This document shows positions 50,686 through 62,090 of a stretch of 64,000 nucleotides of DNA, one piece after another (the first letter of the stretch is position 1; each line of letters starts with the position of its first letter). Position numbers and translations under genes: made by a program. The stretch is from NCBI GenBank assembly GCA_036172245.1, contig JAYWIR010000012.1, positions 3,906,001 to 3,970,000 of the forward strand, written 5' to 3'. Origin of the DNA: Raillietiella orientalis (taxonomy: Eukaryota). The notes under the pieces are model-generated. The model worked only from the letters and a program-made list of their open reading frames with translations, was not told where the DNA came from and made no database searches.

Positions 50686-51324
50686 CTACATAAAGTAGTA
50701 AATGTTGCGGAAAAATTTGAAAATGGCAGCCCCTGTTTCATGGTACACCGTATAGAGCGAAAACGTGTTGCAGCGAAAGGGAGGGCGCATGAAGAACGCC
50801 AGCGCATTTAATGAAACCACGTGCTTGCCATCTCAGAAGGAGGTGAGAAGATCTTCCTTTGTTCCGCAAATGGGGATGAGACAGATAACTTGCGCAAGAA
50901 ACTGACCTCCGATTTTCACTTTTCACTGCTTTCACACTGTACACCTTCGCGGTAAAATCATCCGACACTCCAAGTTACGTGTGGGAAATTTCTTCTCTGG
51001 TGTTCAGCCCTCCCAGTAAACCAGGGCAGCTGAGAGCACGTTTCCAAGGCTGTGTCGTCGTCGTTAGCCACCAAATTTCCAAGGGACTGCCTCCCCGTGG
51101 AACCGAGGGAACTGTACTACGGGAATAACGGAGTTTCGGCTCTCCAAGCATGAGAAAACGCGTCGTCACGCAACGGGGAAAGTACACGCGAGACTCCCCG
51201 TGCTTGGAAACGCCATGCATGCACCCGCGTTGGAAGGAATGGAGCTGTCGCTGTCGAGAAACCCGGGACTTGAACGATGCCCGAATTCCTCGACTTTTTG
51301 TTGACCCTGCTCCAAGATTTGGCT

Positions 51325-52530
51325 CGCAAAGTGCTGAAGAACCGTCCGCCTCCTTGCGGTGGCTCACGAGGCTCTTCAAAGCTGTCCACGCCGCCCGAGT
51401 GTGCGTGTCGCTTTCCACGTTAGAAGGGGCAACCCTGGAGAGACCATCCCACGAATCCAGGAGGGCTCCGGAGGGAGGAGTCCGTTCCTCTTGAGCTTCG
51501 TAGGGCGATCCCGAAGGGAAGAAGCTCTTCCTTGTTCTCCCCGGAAGGGTCTCCTCTCCGATCGCTTCTCCGATTTACACCCGGGCACGCCGGGGCGTTT
51601 CTTACAATTGAAAAGATACCCACGAATCGTGGTAGGACACGCGTGGCTCGCCCACACTTCGTTTGTAGGCACGACTGCCGGGTCGCCGGTGCGCAGACCG
51701 GCGGGGGTCGAGTACCAGGAACGTACCACCGTCCGCTCGAGGGAGTCCTATGCATCCTTCCCAGGATGCCGGATAAGTACATCCGAATAATCCCCAGGAG
51801 GGGCTACCTGGCTGCCATGCGCAAAAGGAGAACCGCGTACACGGCGGCGTCCCTTTCGTTCCTGCTCCCACCTGGCTTCGCTCCAGACGGATGCAGCGAA
51901 GAGCTGCTGGGCTGCAGGTCATCCCGGCACGAAGAGGAGACGTTAGACGTCATTGGAGGACTGCCAATCGGGATCCGGAGGGTCTTCCCACAGGGACCGG
52001 AAGGTAACTCAGTCCACTAGCAGGCGTTCCGTTGCCCACACCTGCGACAGTCCGCGCTCGCCCTCGCCAGCGTCCAGTGGTGTCGGAGTGCGTTGCAGGG
52101 AAGATCCCAGTGCCAGGGAAGGAGCGCCGACCCCTCCCACTTCAGGAGGAGGAGGTGCCGGAGAAGGCCGCTCTTCGTTTCTTCTCCGGAGGGATCTCCT
52201 GGAAAGAATCCGCTCGCTGTTTCCTCCCCCTCTGAAGAGAACCCCGGAGGGGCGCTTCCTGATTTCTCTGGAGGGCGCTCTCCTAAGGGAGCAGCGCGTT
52301 TCTTGCACTCTGGAGAGGCACCAACCAGCTCCGTGTTAGGCGATGGTGCGACTCCACCTTCACAGCCGGAGGGAACCCTGAAGGGTGGCGTCTTCGTGAC
52401 TCCTGGAAGGATCCCAAAGGGTCAGCTTCCGACCCCCGGACGGTCGCCGGAACCATCCGGGGTTTGCGGCTCCCACCAGTGCCGCCGCACCCCAACAGCC
52501 CAGTCATCGCCATCGCCTGGGTCAAACTCG
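51325..52530 (-). mobile_element. SINE family S copy (51325-51572 + 52181-52530) interrupted by Tx1 copy G
   Basis: Both halves align to 31690-32250 and 57770-58300 and join across the insert. Confidence 0.8.
51573..52180 (-). mobile_element. 5'-truncated Tx1 copy G nested in a SINE
   Basis: HWDLPCNALRHHW..DCRRCG and YLSGILGRMH. Terminus AAGAAACGCCCCGGCGTGCCCGGGTGTAAA. CTTCTCCG is duplicated at 51565-51572 / 52181-52188. Confidence 0.85.
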
Positions 52531-54398
52531 AAAACCAACGATGCAACGCGGGCCATTTTCAAGATTAGGATCCACTTTGGCTGAGTTTCTCTTGGGGAGC
52601 GGCTTCAGCACAAACGAAAGGAAGAACAGAACAAGAGTGATCAGCAGTCTTCCTCCGTGGAAGTCTGCCAGATGAGAAACATCACGGAGGAAATGACGCA
52701 GAAGAGATAGATACGGTTCGGGCTCAGAATGGATTCCACCAGGTCCCTCCGTGGAACCCCGCCACGAGTTCCGATTCCTCACATGACGTCTTCCGAACGA
52801 AAGACCGGTCTGCCAGCTGGCTGGACCTCTCCTCCTTTTCGAGAACTGCATCTCGAGGTAGTTTTGTAGGCGTCTGTCCTGTCCCAAGACGTGCTTCTTT
52901 GTATTGCAAAAACCGAGAAGAGCCTAGTCAGGAATATACAGGTAAACACTTAGTGAATTGACAAATCAGAGGATACCTAAAAAAAAGAGATGCTTCTCGT
53001 GTCATCTTCATCTCTTCGATCCGAAAGCGCTCTTTTCAGGTTTCCATGCCTGAGCGTAAAGCTGTGAAGCTTGTAAAATCACGCCCTGGAAGGGGTCAAA
53101 TGGCTCCTGTCCTCTTGTTGCTTCAAGATCCTGGAACAGCACCCCGAGGTCGCAGTTCAATTCAGGGTTCATAAGGATGGCAGCTCCGCGAAAAAGGAAA
53201 GGAACATTCGCGAGCCCTCAACCTGCTCAGCAGGTCTCTCGGCACGGCTCCAGCCAATCAAAACTGTCCCCGCGTGGGATGGGCGCATATCGGGAATCTC
53301 TTGACTGCTCTTCCTAGGAGCTGTCCCGAGATTCTTGCGGTTGATTCCACGCTCCCTGGAGGATCCCTCATCGGCTGTTGCGATTGCCGCAGCAGCGACA
53401 GAATGCGTTTTCACCCGTTCTGACCAGCAGCCTCGCTGTGTGAGACTTGACTTTGTACTGGTGCCTCTAAGCGAAGCTTCGCAGTAGCCTCATTGCGTAT
53501 CCTGTCTCGGCAACCGTTGCTGTTCCCTCAGCTCTACTTTCGCAATTGACGACGCTCTGGAGCAGCAACTCAGTTTACATAAGCCAGCGATTTGCATGGC
53601 ATCAAGCCTCGTCCATTTCTTCACAAAGGCCTTCAAGCATATGGTGATTTTTCAGTGATGTGGTCATTGCACTGAGGCAAGAGATGAGATGGGAGGAGCA
53701 GCCCGTTGCATTGGCTTGAATCCAGTTGGGTTTGGAGTTGCGAGAGCGTTGGTTGTTTTTTGTTTTTCTGGGGACCAGTGCCGGAACGGAACCAGCGGAA
53801 GACCTTTCAAGAATTTAACACCACTCGCTGATCCGGATACCAGTTGAGAGGGAGGGAGCTCAGCTGGAGTCCCAGATTTTTGCCAGGTTCGCCTTGTGTC
53901 TACCGCTCGACCCAAGAGACCTCTGTAAAGTCATTCGAAAACCCAAACCAATTGGGATGGCGCAGTCCCAAACTTACGATTCATGCAAGGAGAGTGTCGC
54001 AAATGCTCGACGAGTCGTAGGGCCGGTTAGGCAAACCCGCCTCGCCCTATGACGCCCTGCGCGAGCCACTTCACCAGGAATCGCGAATGCAGTTTCTTCT
54101 CTTTCAGTTCTCAGAGAGCGGAAGTTTCCGGCCATCCGAACGAGCGAATCGGGGATCCACGCTTCGCGCGATGAACAGCAGAGGTGTGCTGAACGGGAGG
54201 CTGTAGTCCGCGGGAGACGAGAACCGTCCAGAATCCCTAAAAAAACCTGTCAGGCATGCACAGCTTGCGTTCTTGTTCAGGAAATACACCGTTCATAACA
54301 GTCTTCTACCGGATGAGGCGTTGTCAGCCGTGGAGCTCTCTAGAGTGTTCTTTCATTTAGTGTACATCATGATCTCAATAACGATGAGGAACGGTTAC

Positions 54399-54481
54399 CA
54401 AGATTCATCAAGGGCTTCCCGGGAAGGAGCTGCAAAAACAAAACCTAATGGATCGAACAGTTCCGGACTTCCAATGGTAGA
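54399..54481 (-). CDS. Candidate exon STIGSPELFDPLGFVFAAPSREALDES
   Basis: Strong polypyrimidine tract then TTTTTCAG| acceptor, TG|GTAAC donor, one open frame. Confidence 0.3.
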
Positions 54482-54875
54482 CTGAAAAACGTGGGAAAGT
54501 ACGTGCGAGAAAGAATGAGAAGGGAGAGAGATCAATGGAATTCGACTGCATACAGCAGGCCAAACAACACAGCTCGATACCAGCACTAGGAAGAATTGAT
54601 AGTCATTCTTATCAAGTCGTCAGTAACCGCACTTTCAAAGATTCCAGACAGTAATTCTCATGTCTTCCGAAGCTGGCTAAAACGAAATGATTTGCTACCA
54701 GCGAGAACAGCGATCGCATCTATCTCATATCTGTCCTGAAAATACATGGATGGCAAAATAAAAATGCCCCTCTTCCTGCAGCTTGGCAACCCCTCCCATC
54801 ATGCTTCCCCAAAGTATCAATAGGTTAGGTGATAGCTTCTTTTTCACTTGCTGATTTCGCTGCTTTCCTTCCAGC

Positions 54876-55050
54876 TTTTCTTTTTCTTTTTTCTGGAGGA
54901 GAGGCGAGTCGAAGAGTGCCGAAGAACCGTTCGCCTCCTCGAAGGGGAGGGGACTCACAAAGCTCTTTAAGCACCGTCCACGCCACCCGAGGGTGGGTGT
55001 ACCTTCAAGTTAGGGAGTAACCCTGAAAGGACCGCCCTACGAATCCAAGA
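54876..55050 (-). mobile_element. 5'-truncated SINE family S copy (3' block + A-tail)
   Basis: GTCCACGCCACCCGAGGGTG is shared with 57809-57828. T-rich tract at 54876-54892. Confidence 0.8.
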
Positions 55051-57724
55051 ACTCGTGAACACGAATTGAATGGATTCCTGCTTTCGAGCTCAAAACATCT
55101 GCATCGAGAGCAATGACCGTCAGTTCAGTCCCAAAAATTGCAGACTTTAAAAAGCAGCAGCTTTTTTTTCTAACTGCTCTTTCTTAAAAAAAGCCAAAAA
55201 AAAAAAAAAAATGTCTCGACATTGTCCATTTGCAGGCAATCCAAGCAAACTTTCAGGCGCCACAAAAAAAAGCGCCAGCAAGCAAATGCCCAGGCAATAA
55301 ACTCCAAAGGAGAGGCAGCAGACCGAGAATTTTGCTGAATTTGCCAACGCGGAATGGTCAACCTTGGCGATGGCAGCACCTCAGCGGACTGCCGTGCAGT
55401 CCTTGCAAGAATTGTGAAAGAGTTGGGGGATCCGCAGGAAACCTGCATCCATTACCCCATCTTCATCCCATATGCGGCAGCGGAGAAGGCATAAATTTCC
55501 TCTTTGGATGACGCAAATAGATGAGAATCCTAAAGGATCTTTGGAGAAATTCTGATTTTTCCTTCCTTCCTTCCTTGATTTTTGCTTTTCCTTTGAAGAA
55601 TTCTAAAAGAGGGAATGAATATGACTGATACTGCCGTAGCGAGACGAGGAACGGACACTTCCGGAATGCACTGCTAGGGTGTCCAGCAGGGCAAGAAAAT
55701 GTCCTGCTGCATTGCGCAGGTCGCGGCTATCTCCAGGAAACATCTGCGACGGCGTCTTATAACGTAAAGCCATGATGAAATGGAATGAAAGAAGGAAAAA
55801 AATATGCTTACAAGCAAAAACGATCTTTGGATCAACTTTCAGAAAGCTAGCAAAAGACAAAATGACTGCAAAATTTAAAGAGTACTTTTTTTTTTTTTTA
55901 CAGAATCCAGAAGTGGTTACATGAAAATCGAAAAAGAGAAAAAAACTGCATAATTTCGTTTTTCGATTCCCACGGAGTTTTAGGGACGCACTCGAGCCGC
56001 ATAGGAACCTTCCACTTCGAAGCGAAGCCTCGCATTCCCGTGTTTTTTTCGTGGGACAGTCCCTGACGTTTTCAATGGGCTTTGTACACATTCGAAGGTA
56101 TTTTCCAGCGTTCACCGTCGACGCGTTGCCGGAGGCCGGGCCGAGAAGGCAAAAAGCACCACGAGGTCGCGCTGGTTTCGTTTCCACAAACTTCCTGAAA
56201 CGATCTTCCCGCTTTGCGAGCAGAAGGCGTCACTTTCGGAAAGCGGAGCGCGGGACGTGTTCCTCCAGCCTCTGCGGCCCCAAGCCTGCGGCACGGAACC
56301 ACTTCCTCCATCCAATGAAAGATCAGAAAAGCAATGAGCGGCGGTCAGCGCTCGAAACCGGAAGAGAATGCGGCAGCGACCGTGCGTTCGCGAGGTCGCC
56401 GCTGCTTGAGGAGGAGGCGTGCCACCAAACCTTCAAGAACCTTTGGATGAACACGGCCGTGGATGCGCCAGGAAGGGCTGTCACCCAAGCAGGGAAGCCA
56501 TCGAAGCTTCCTTCCTTCGCGGTGTCCATGGATCCAACGCAACACCATTTCACCAGGCTCGAGACGCTACTTATGAATTCCTCGTGAACGGCATCCTGAA
56601 TTGGGACGCCTTCGGCTTGCCCCACTCTGTCCCTCCTTCCTCGCGGTATTCGTTTCCCTCCGCAGACGCGAGCGTGCCCGACGGTGTCTCACGAAACTGC
56701 CGACGAAGAGGGAGGAAGGAGCCTTCCAGCGAACGCCGGGATCGCAAACCGACGGCACGCGAGCGAACCCACGAGCGAACTTCTCGCGCAGATTCACCCG
56801 CCGCTGCGGGGCGCGAGGAACAAGTGGGAGGTCTGGAATCTGGAGCCGAGGGAGGACGAAGAGGCATTTCTTCCCTCCCCCCTTTTCTTGGGAAGAAGGT
56901 GGAGGAAGAAACGTTTTTCCCTGGCGTATCGGGAGGAGTTTTCGCGCGCGCGGGTGGAGAGAGCGGCTCGTAGCGCTGTCTCTCTCCCGCCCCCCCCCCT
57001 TAAACCTTCCGGAAAGGAAATGTAGGAAGCCAGAGAGCGGCGGCGGCGGCGTTGGCGCTCTTCGGAAAGCAGCTGCGGTCCCCATGCATGCGGAATAGCT
57101 CAGTGACCTCGTGCCTCTCTCGTGGTCACACCCTGAGCGAAGCAAGGGAGAGTTGCGCAAAGGGGGGAGGGGAGAGGGAAGAATTGTCTTTCCCGACACG
57201 ATCTCGCTCTTGCAAAACACCGAGGCGAAGACCGCGATCTCGGCCGCAGGCAGGGCAACGCACCCCGGCTCCGAGGACGAGGGTCGCGACGACCTACTGA
57301 CGGGGATCTAGAAGTGGAAATTGCCATCCTCCACCCCCTTTCCCCTTCCTTCCAGTGGACTGCTTCAAGCTGACACTGTCCGGAAACCAAAAGAGCTCAC
57401 GGGTATGATACTGCGCCTTGCCACCTGATGATACTGAGATTGTAAGCTGCACCTCATCCTTCCGGAATCGAGGGGCGGAGCGTTTGTTCTATGCGGTCTG
57501 GCGCGTCAGCGGCGTTTCCCTCAATCCTTAAGACCCAGAGGCGGACCGGAAGTCAACATCGCAGGAAACCAACCTCTCTCCCTCCCCAATTTGATGCGTG
57601 AGTTCCACCTGGTGCACCATCCTCTTGCTGATTGCCTGCTGCCGCCCTTCCCTGAGATAGAGTTTTTCCTGGTGATGCGTAGTTGCGGTCCACATCTTCA
57701 GCCTTCGCTCTCTTCCTTCCTGCT

Positions 57725-58300
57725 TTTTTTTTTAAGGGGGTGGGGGGGAGGGTTTCCCAAGGGATGCTGAAAATCCGTTCCCCTCCTCAAAGGAGGTTCT
57801 TTAATGCTGTCCACGCCACCCGAGGGTGCGTGTGACTCTTCGAGACAGGGGGTTACCCCGCGAAGGATCCACCCTATAAATCCAGAAAGGTTCCAGAAGT
57901 AGGAGCCCGTCCCTCTTACGATTGGTAGGGCAACTTTGGAGAAAACCTTCGCTTGGTGGTCTCTGGAGGGAACTACCTCTTTCTTGTTCCCTCCGGAGGG
58001 ACTACACGGAAAGGACCCGCTCCTTGCAAACTCCTCTAAAGAGAACCCCAGAGGGACGCTTCCCGAATTCTCTGGAGGTCGCGCATCCCGAAGGGAACAG
58101 AGCGCTTCTTGTTGACACTCTGGAAAGGCAACCCCCTCAAGGGGTTATCAGCCAGCAGCTAAGGGCTTCATTTGCACAACCGGAGGAGAATTACGAAAGG
58201 GACCGGTGCTCCTCGTATCCTAGAAGGAACCGGGGGGTCGACTTCAAATCCCATCCAGTCAACGAGGACGTCCGGTTCCATGACCCCGAAACCTTCAGAC
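57725..58300 (-). mobile_element. SINE family S copy (head not recognised)
   Basis: T-run at ~57724-57733, conserved 3' block, palindrome TCCCTCCGGAGGGA (57988-58001) and body homology. Confidence 0.8.
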
Positions 58301-59299
58301 CGAAGCCTTCGGCGTCGTCCTGTCGAAATCCGCAGCCCGGGTGGGAGTCGAACTCGCGACGCCGAGTACCCCTGCGCGCGAGATTGCGGCTGCCAACACG
58401 GTCAGCTTGCAAAATTCATCCCTCGTCGTCCCTGCTGACCTGCGGAGGCGCGAAAGACGTGCCTGCAGCCGATAAGCACGGGTCCGGCAGGAAGCGCGGC
58501 GCTTGCAAGTCGCTCCACGTTTCTTGGAGACGGCGTCGGCAGGGTAAAAGGTGAGTCTCTCTGGCCGCCCATTTCACACGTGACGTCACCTGAGCATGGG
58601 GAAGGGCATGCCGAAAAGCGTCTCCTCGCGGATCGGCTCGCGGTCGTTTCTTCCTGCACGTGCAGCGGAAGTTGCAGAGGGTCCATCGGAAGAAAACCCT
58701 TGCAGGTAGCTCGATCCGCGCCATCGCTTTCCCTCGCGATTCGCGTGAGCGCGTGCAGGGAGGCCTCCCTTCCTCAACGCGCTTGCGCCAGACGCTGACG
58801 GCAGGCAGTGATGCGCGACCGATAGGCGGAATGAACGTGGCAACACTGAGTCGCAGTACGGCAATCGAGATCCCTCATGTACAGCTGTGAGTCCTCGACG
58901 ACCGATCCGGTGAATTTCGACGTGTCACAGGAAGACAATCTTCTTCGCATCTTACGGAAAGTTCGCGGCGATTCACACGCCCCAGGAGCGCAGAGTTCGA
59001 GGCGTTTTTTTTTTTGGCGCGCCGGCGCCATCGCCACCTTTCTTCCCTGTTTTCGTATCAAAGTTGGGATGATGCCTCGCGTGATTTCGGTTGTTCGCTG
59101 CACGCTCCGAAAGCATCGAGCATTTTTTATTTTTTCGAGTTTTCGAAACGGCTGGACTTGGATATGGCGGAATGTCTCGAGGGGGAAGAGGGGGGGGGGG
59201 TGAGGGTGACAGTTCTTATAACGCACCCACGCGAGCATCGCACGCAGCCAATTTCTGTGTTTGTTTTCCTCCCAATGCCGGCAGCCATGTTTTTTCTTT

Positions 59300-62090
59300 C
59301 TTGCGTCATTTTCCGGAGGGAGGGAGGGAGATCACGCGCTCCAGCGTGAGAGAGGCCTTCCCGGAGCGTCCTGGACCTATCGCACTAGGTCGTCGTCGTT
59401 GGCGCAGTGGGGGTCGGTGAGCCACGCACGTTCGCGTGTTCCTCATCGGGATACCGGAGGCGGAAGCGGTCGAGCGATGGCCGAGGTCGGGTTCGGACGT
59501 GCGCGGAAGGAGCGCGCCCTCCCGCGAAAGCGACCGCCCCGTCAAAGGAGGCGTCTAGACAACAGAGAAAGGAAGGTGGCCTCTTCCTCTGGGAGCGCGC
59601 GCCTCCCCTGTGTCCTCCGCACGTGGTCAGCGCCCCTCTTCTGGACGCTACACAGAGCCGCCACTTCCTTCCGGATAACCTGGACGGCGCCTCGTCGCCT
59701 TAGCCCGACAATGGTTAGGCTCGGTAGAGGCGTCTTGAGGAAGCTGAGGCAGCGAAGAGGTCGCGCAAGAGGGAGGCGGTGGATGACCCTGACCCCTCGG
59801 TCATCCAACGGCAGGCCTTTCGCTTTAGAGCGGGTAACCCTCCTGGTCGAGGGCGGAAATGCCTCCACCTCCGTCCTCGACCTTTGCCACCGAGGTCCTC
59901 CTCGCCTACAGATAGCCACGTTGGAGATCCACCCGGCACGACTGACGCTCTACGGGGATCCGTTGGACTTTCACCGAGGGCGAGTGGTGACCTTTTCTCT
60001 CTGACCTGCGATCCCGTGAGAAGGGGGTACGTCTCCCTGACGACACACTCCTGGGGACCTTGCACAGGCGGCGCTTCCTCGCCCAAGGCAGGCCTTCTTG
60101 TTCCTTCTCAGCATCCCTCCATCCTCTGTTCCGCACCGAAGGTAGGGCCCGAGACGCAGAGGGAACTCGTTTTTCGCGCCATTCCTCCTGGTTCCGTGAC
60201 CATCGCTGCGTCTCCGACACAAGTGAGAGCGTGGGACAGCGGTCCTCCCTAGGGCCGACCGGGAAGCGTCCCGCTCCCTACTTTGCAGGGTTTTTCTTCT
60301 GTTTTATTTCGTTTTTCAAGGCGACAACCGGTTGGGAAAGGTTCCCAGCGCCATCCAACATGGCGCGCTGCGCCTTCGCTCCAAAGGGAACGTGCTGCTG
60401 GTGGAACCGTGGAGGGAGGGGGGAGGGGGGGGTGGGAATGCCGGTCACCATGGCGGCGGGTTTTCGGTTACGCCAGCTGCTTCGCCGCCAAGCAGCGGGG
60501 TGCTCGCGGGCGTCGGACCGCCACGCTTCGTCGGGAGGAGAGGGGACTGTGTACTATCCCTGCCGACCTTGCTCCGGGACGCGACATCGGGTGGTCTCCT
60601 CCTCATCTTCCTTGTAGCTGCTGCCGCGCCCATACGGCAGGGGGGAGGGGCGTGGAATGCGCTTCCGCCTACTGCTGCCGTGTTCTGCCCTCCCACTTGC
60701 CCCCGGGGACGGTACGCTCTCCCCGGAGGCACTAAGGTCACCTGCCGAGGGGTCTTCGGGTACAGGATCGGCCAGGATGGAAAGCATTGGGCTTTCTGCC
60801 GCGTTGGGATCCTCAGAGAGCGGCGGCTGCCCTTCCACGCGCCAGGGGCAGGGCGCGCTATGGAGTGAATCGGAAACCACCGGTGCTCGTGATGGGCTGA
60901 AAGAAAGAATCAGAGTCCTGTAATCGGCGGGCCGGGGCGCGTCGCGGTCTTGCAGCTTACGGGGTGTTCCCACCCCGTAAGCTGGTACCAATAAGGAAAG
61001 GCAGTAAGGACTCTGGCATCTGCGCTCTCCTGACTTCTGCGAACCAGTTGCAGAGGGGTGGCGTGCGGACGCAAAGAGGCGATGCGTGCAAGTACCAGAG
61101 GGAGACCCCTCGTGCTGCACACGGAAGCGATCAAGCAGGAGATCGGAGTAGAGAGTGAATGGGGGTGAGGGAGATGGAAGCGAAGAGGCGAACAGAGGAA
61201 GAGAGGTCAGAAGTGTAAGGAAAAAAGAACAGCAGAGTGAGAGGAGGGAGGAAAGGAAGCAAAACAAAGTGACGGAGAGGAGTAGACAATGAGTGGTAGA
61301 AGACCAAACAAGGGAGGTGGAAGACTGGGACAAGGGATGGAAGGTGAAGGGGAAAAGGAAGAGGATGAATAGACAAGGATGAAGAACAAAATTGAGAGGA
61401 TGAGTGGACAAAAAGGAAGGGGAGGGCGAAGAATGGGACAAGGGGGCAAAATGGCCAGAGAGGGCAGTGGAAGAGAGGAAGGGACGCGCTTCACCTGATC
61501 AGGAGTCACTTCCTCGTAAGTTTCCTCCTGGGGGCCACGCATTCACCGTTGAGGTGCCTCTTGCGCTCCGTCAGGAACTTCCTCGACCACAAGGACAGGC
61601 GGGCGGAGCAGAAGCAGCATCTATACTGAATCTTCTGGCCGTGGGAGCGGCAATAGTGCGCTGTCAACTGGAGTCCTGTGTCGAAGCGGGCGGAGCACAA
61701 CCGGCACCGGAACCCTATGAGGAAAGGGTGCTGTCGCGGGGAGGGAGGGGCGGTTGCCCAACTTACTTTTCGGAACGCTGGCGGGTTTTGTACCGGTAAG
61801 GGTGGAGGAGCCTCCTTTTCCGGAGGACGGGCCCACTCCGCTGCTCCCGGGCTGGGGTTTGAGCAGGTCGATCGTGTAGAAGCGCTGCGACACGGCGGAT
61901 GGCTTCTTGGTCGTTTCTTCGTGTTCTGGAAAAGAGGAAGGCCAGAACGAGTGGTGGCGGAGGCGGCGAGTGGGCGGTCGCCCCGCTCCCGCGCGAGGGC
62001 GCAGGACCGAACGTACCGGAAACGAGGGAGTCCGAGGAGATAGCTCCTTTGGACGACGACTGCCCGCTGTCTTCGGTCGACGAGCACATC
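59300..62090 (-). mobile_element. Decayed R2/NeSL/Utopia-type non-LTR retrotransposon: N-terminal zinc fingers and start of RT
   Basis: Tandem fingers FRCRLCSARFDTGLQLTAHYCRSHG and YRCCFCSAR..RKRHLNGEC (61712-61539). Then PQECVVRE / QRIPVE (pre-RT block typical of this group) and FLSLLSRRLL...RSF (RT motif 2-like, ~59580-59500). The rest of the RT and the endonuclease were not seen. Confidence 0.5.
61140..61480. repeat. Long purine-rich tract (polypyrimidine on the minus strand)
   Basis: About 340 bp dominated by G/A on the + strand. Confidence 0.8.
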
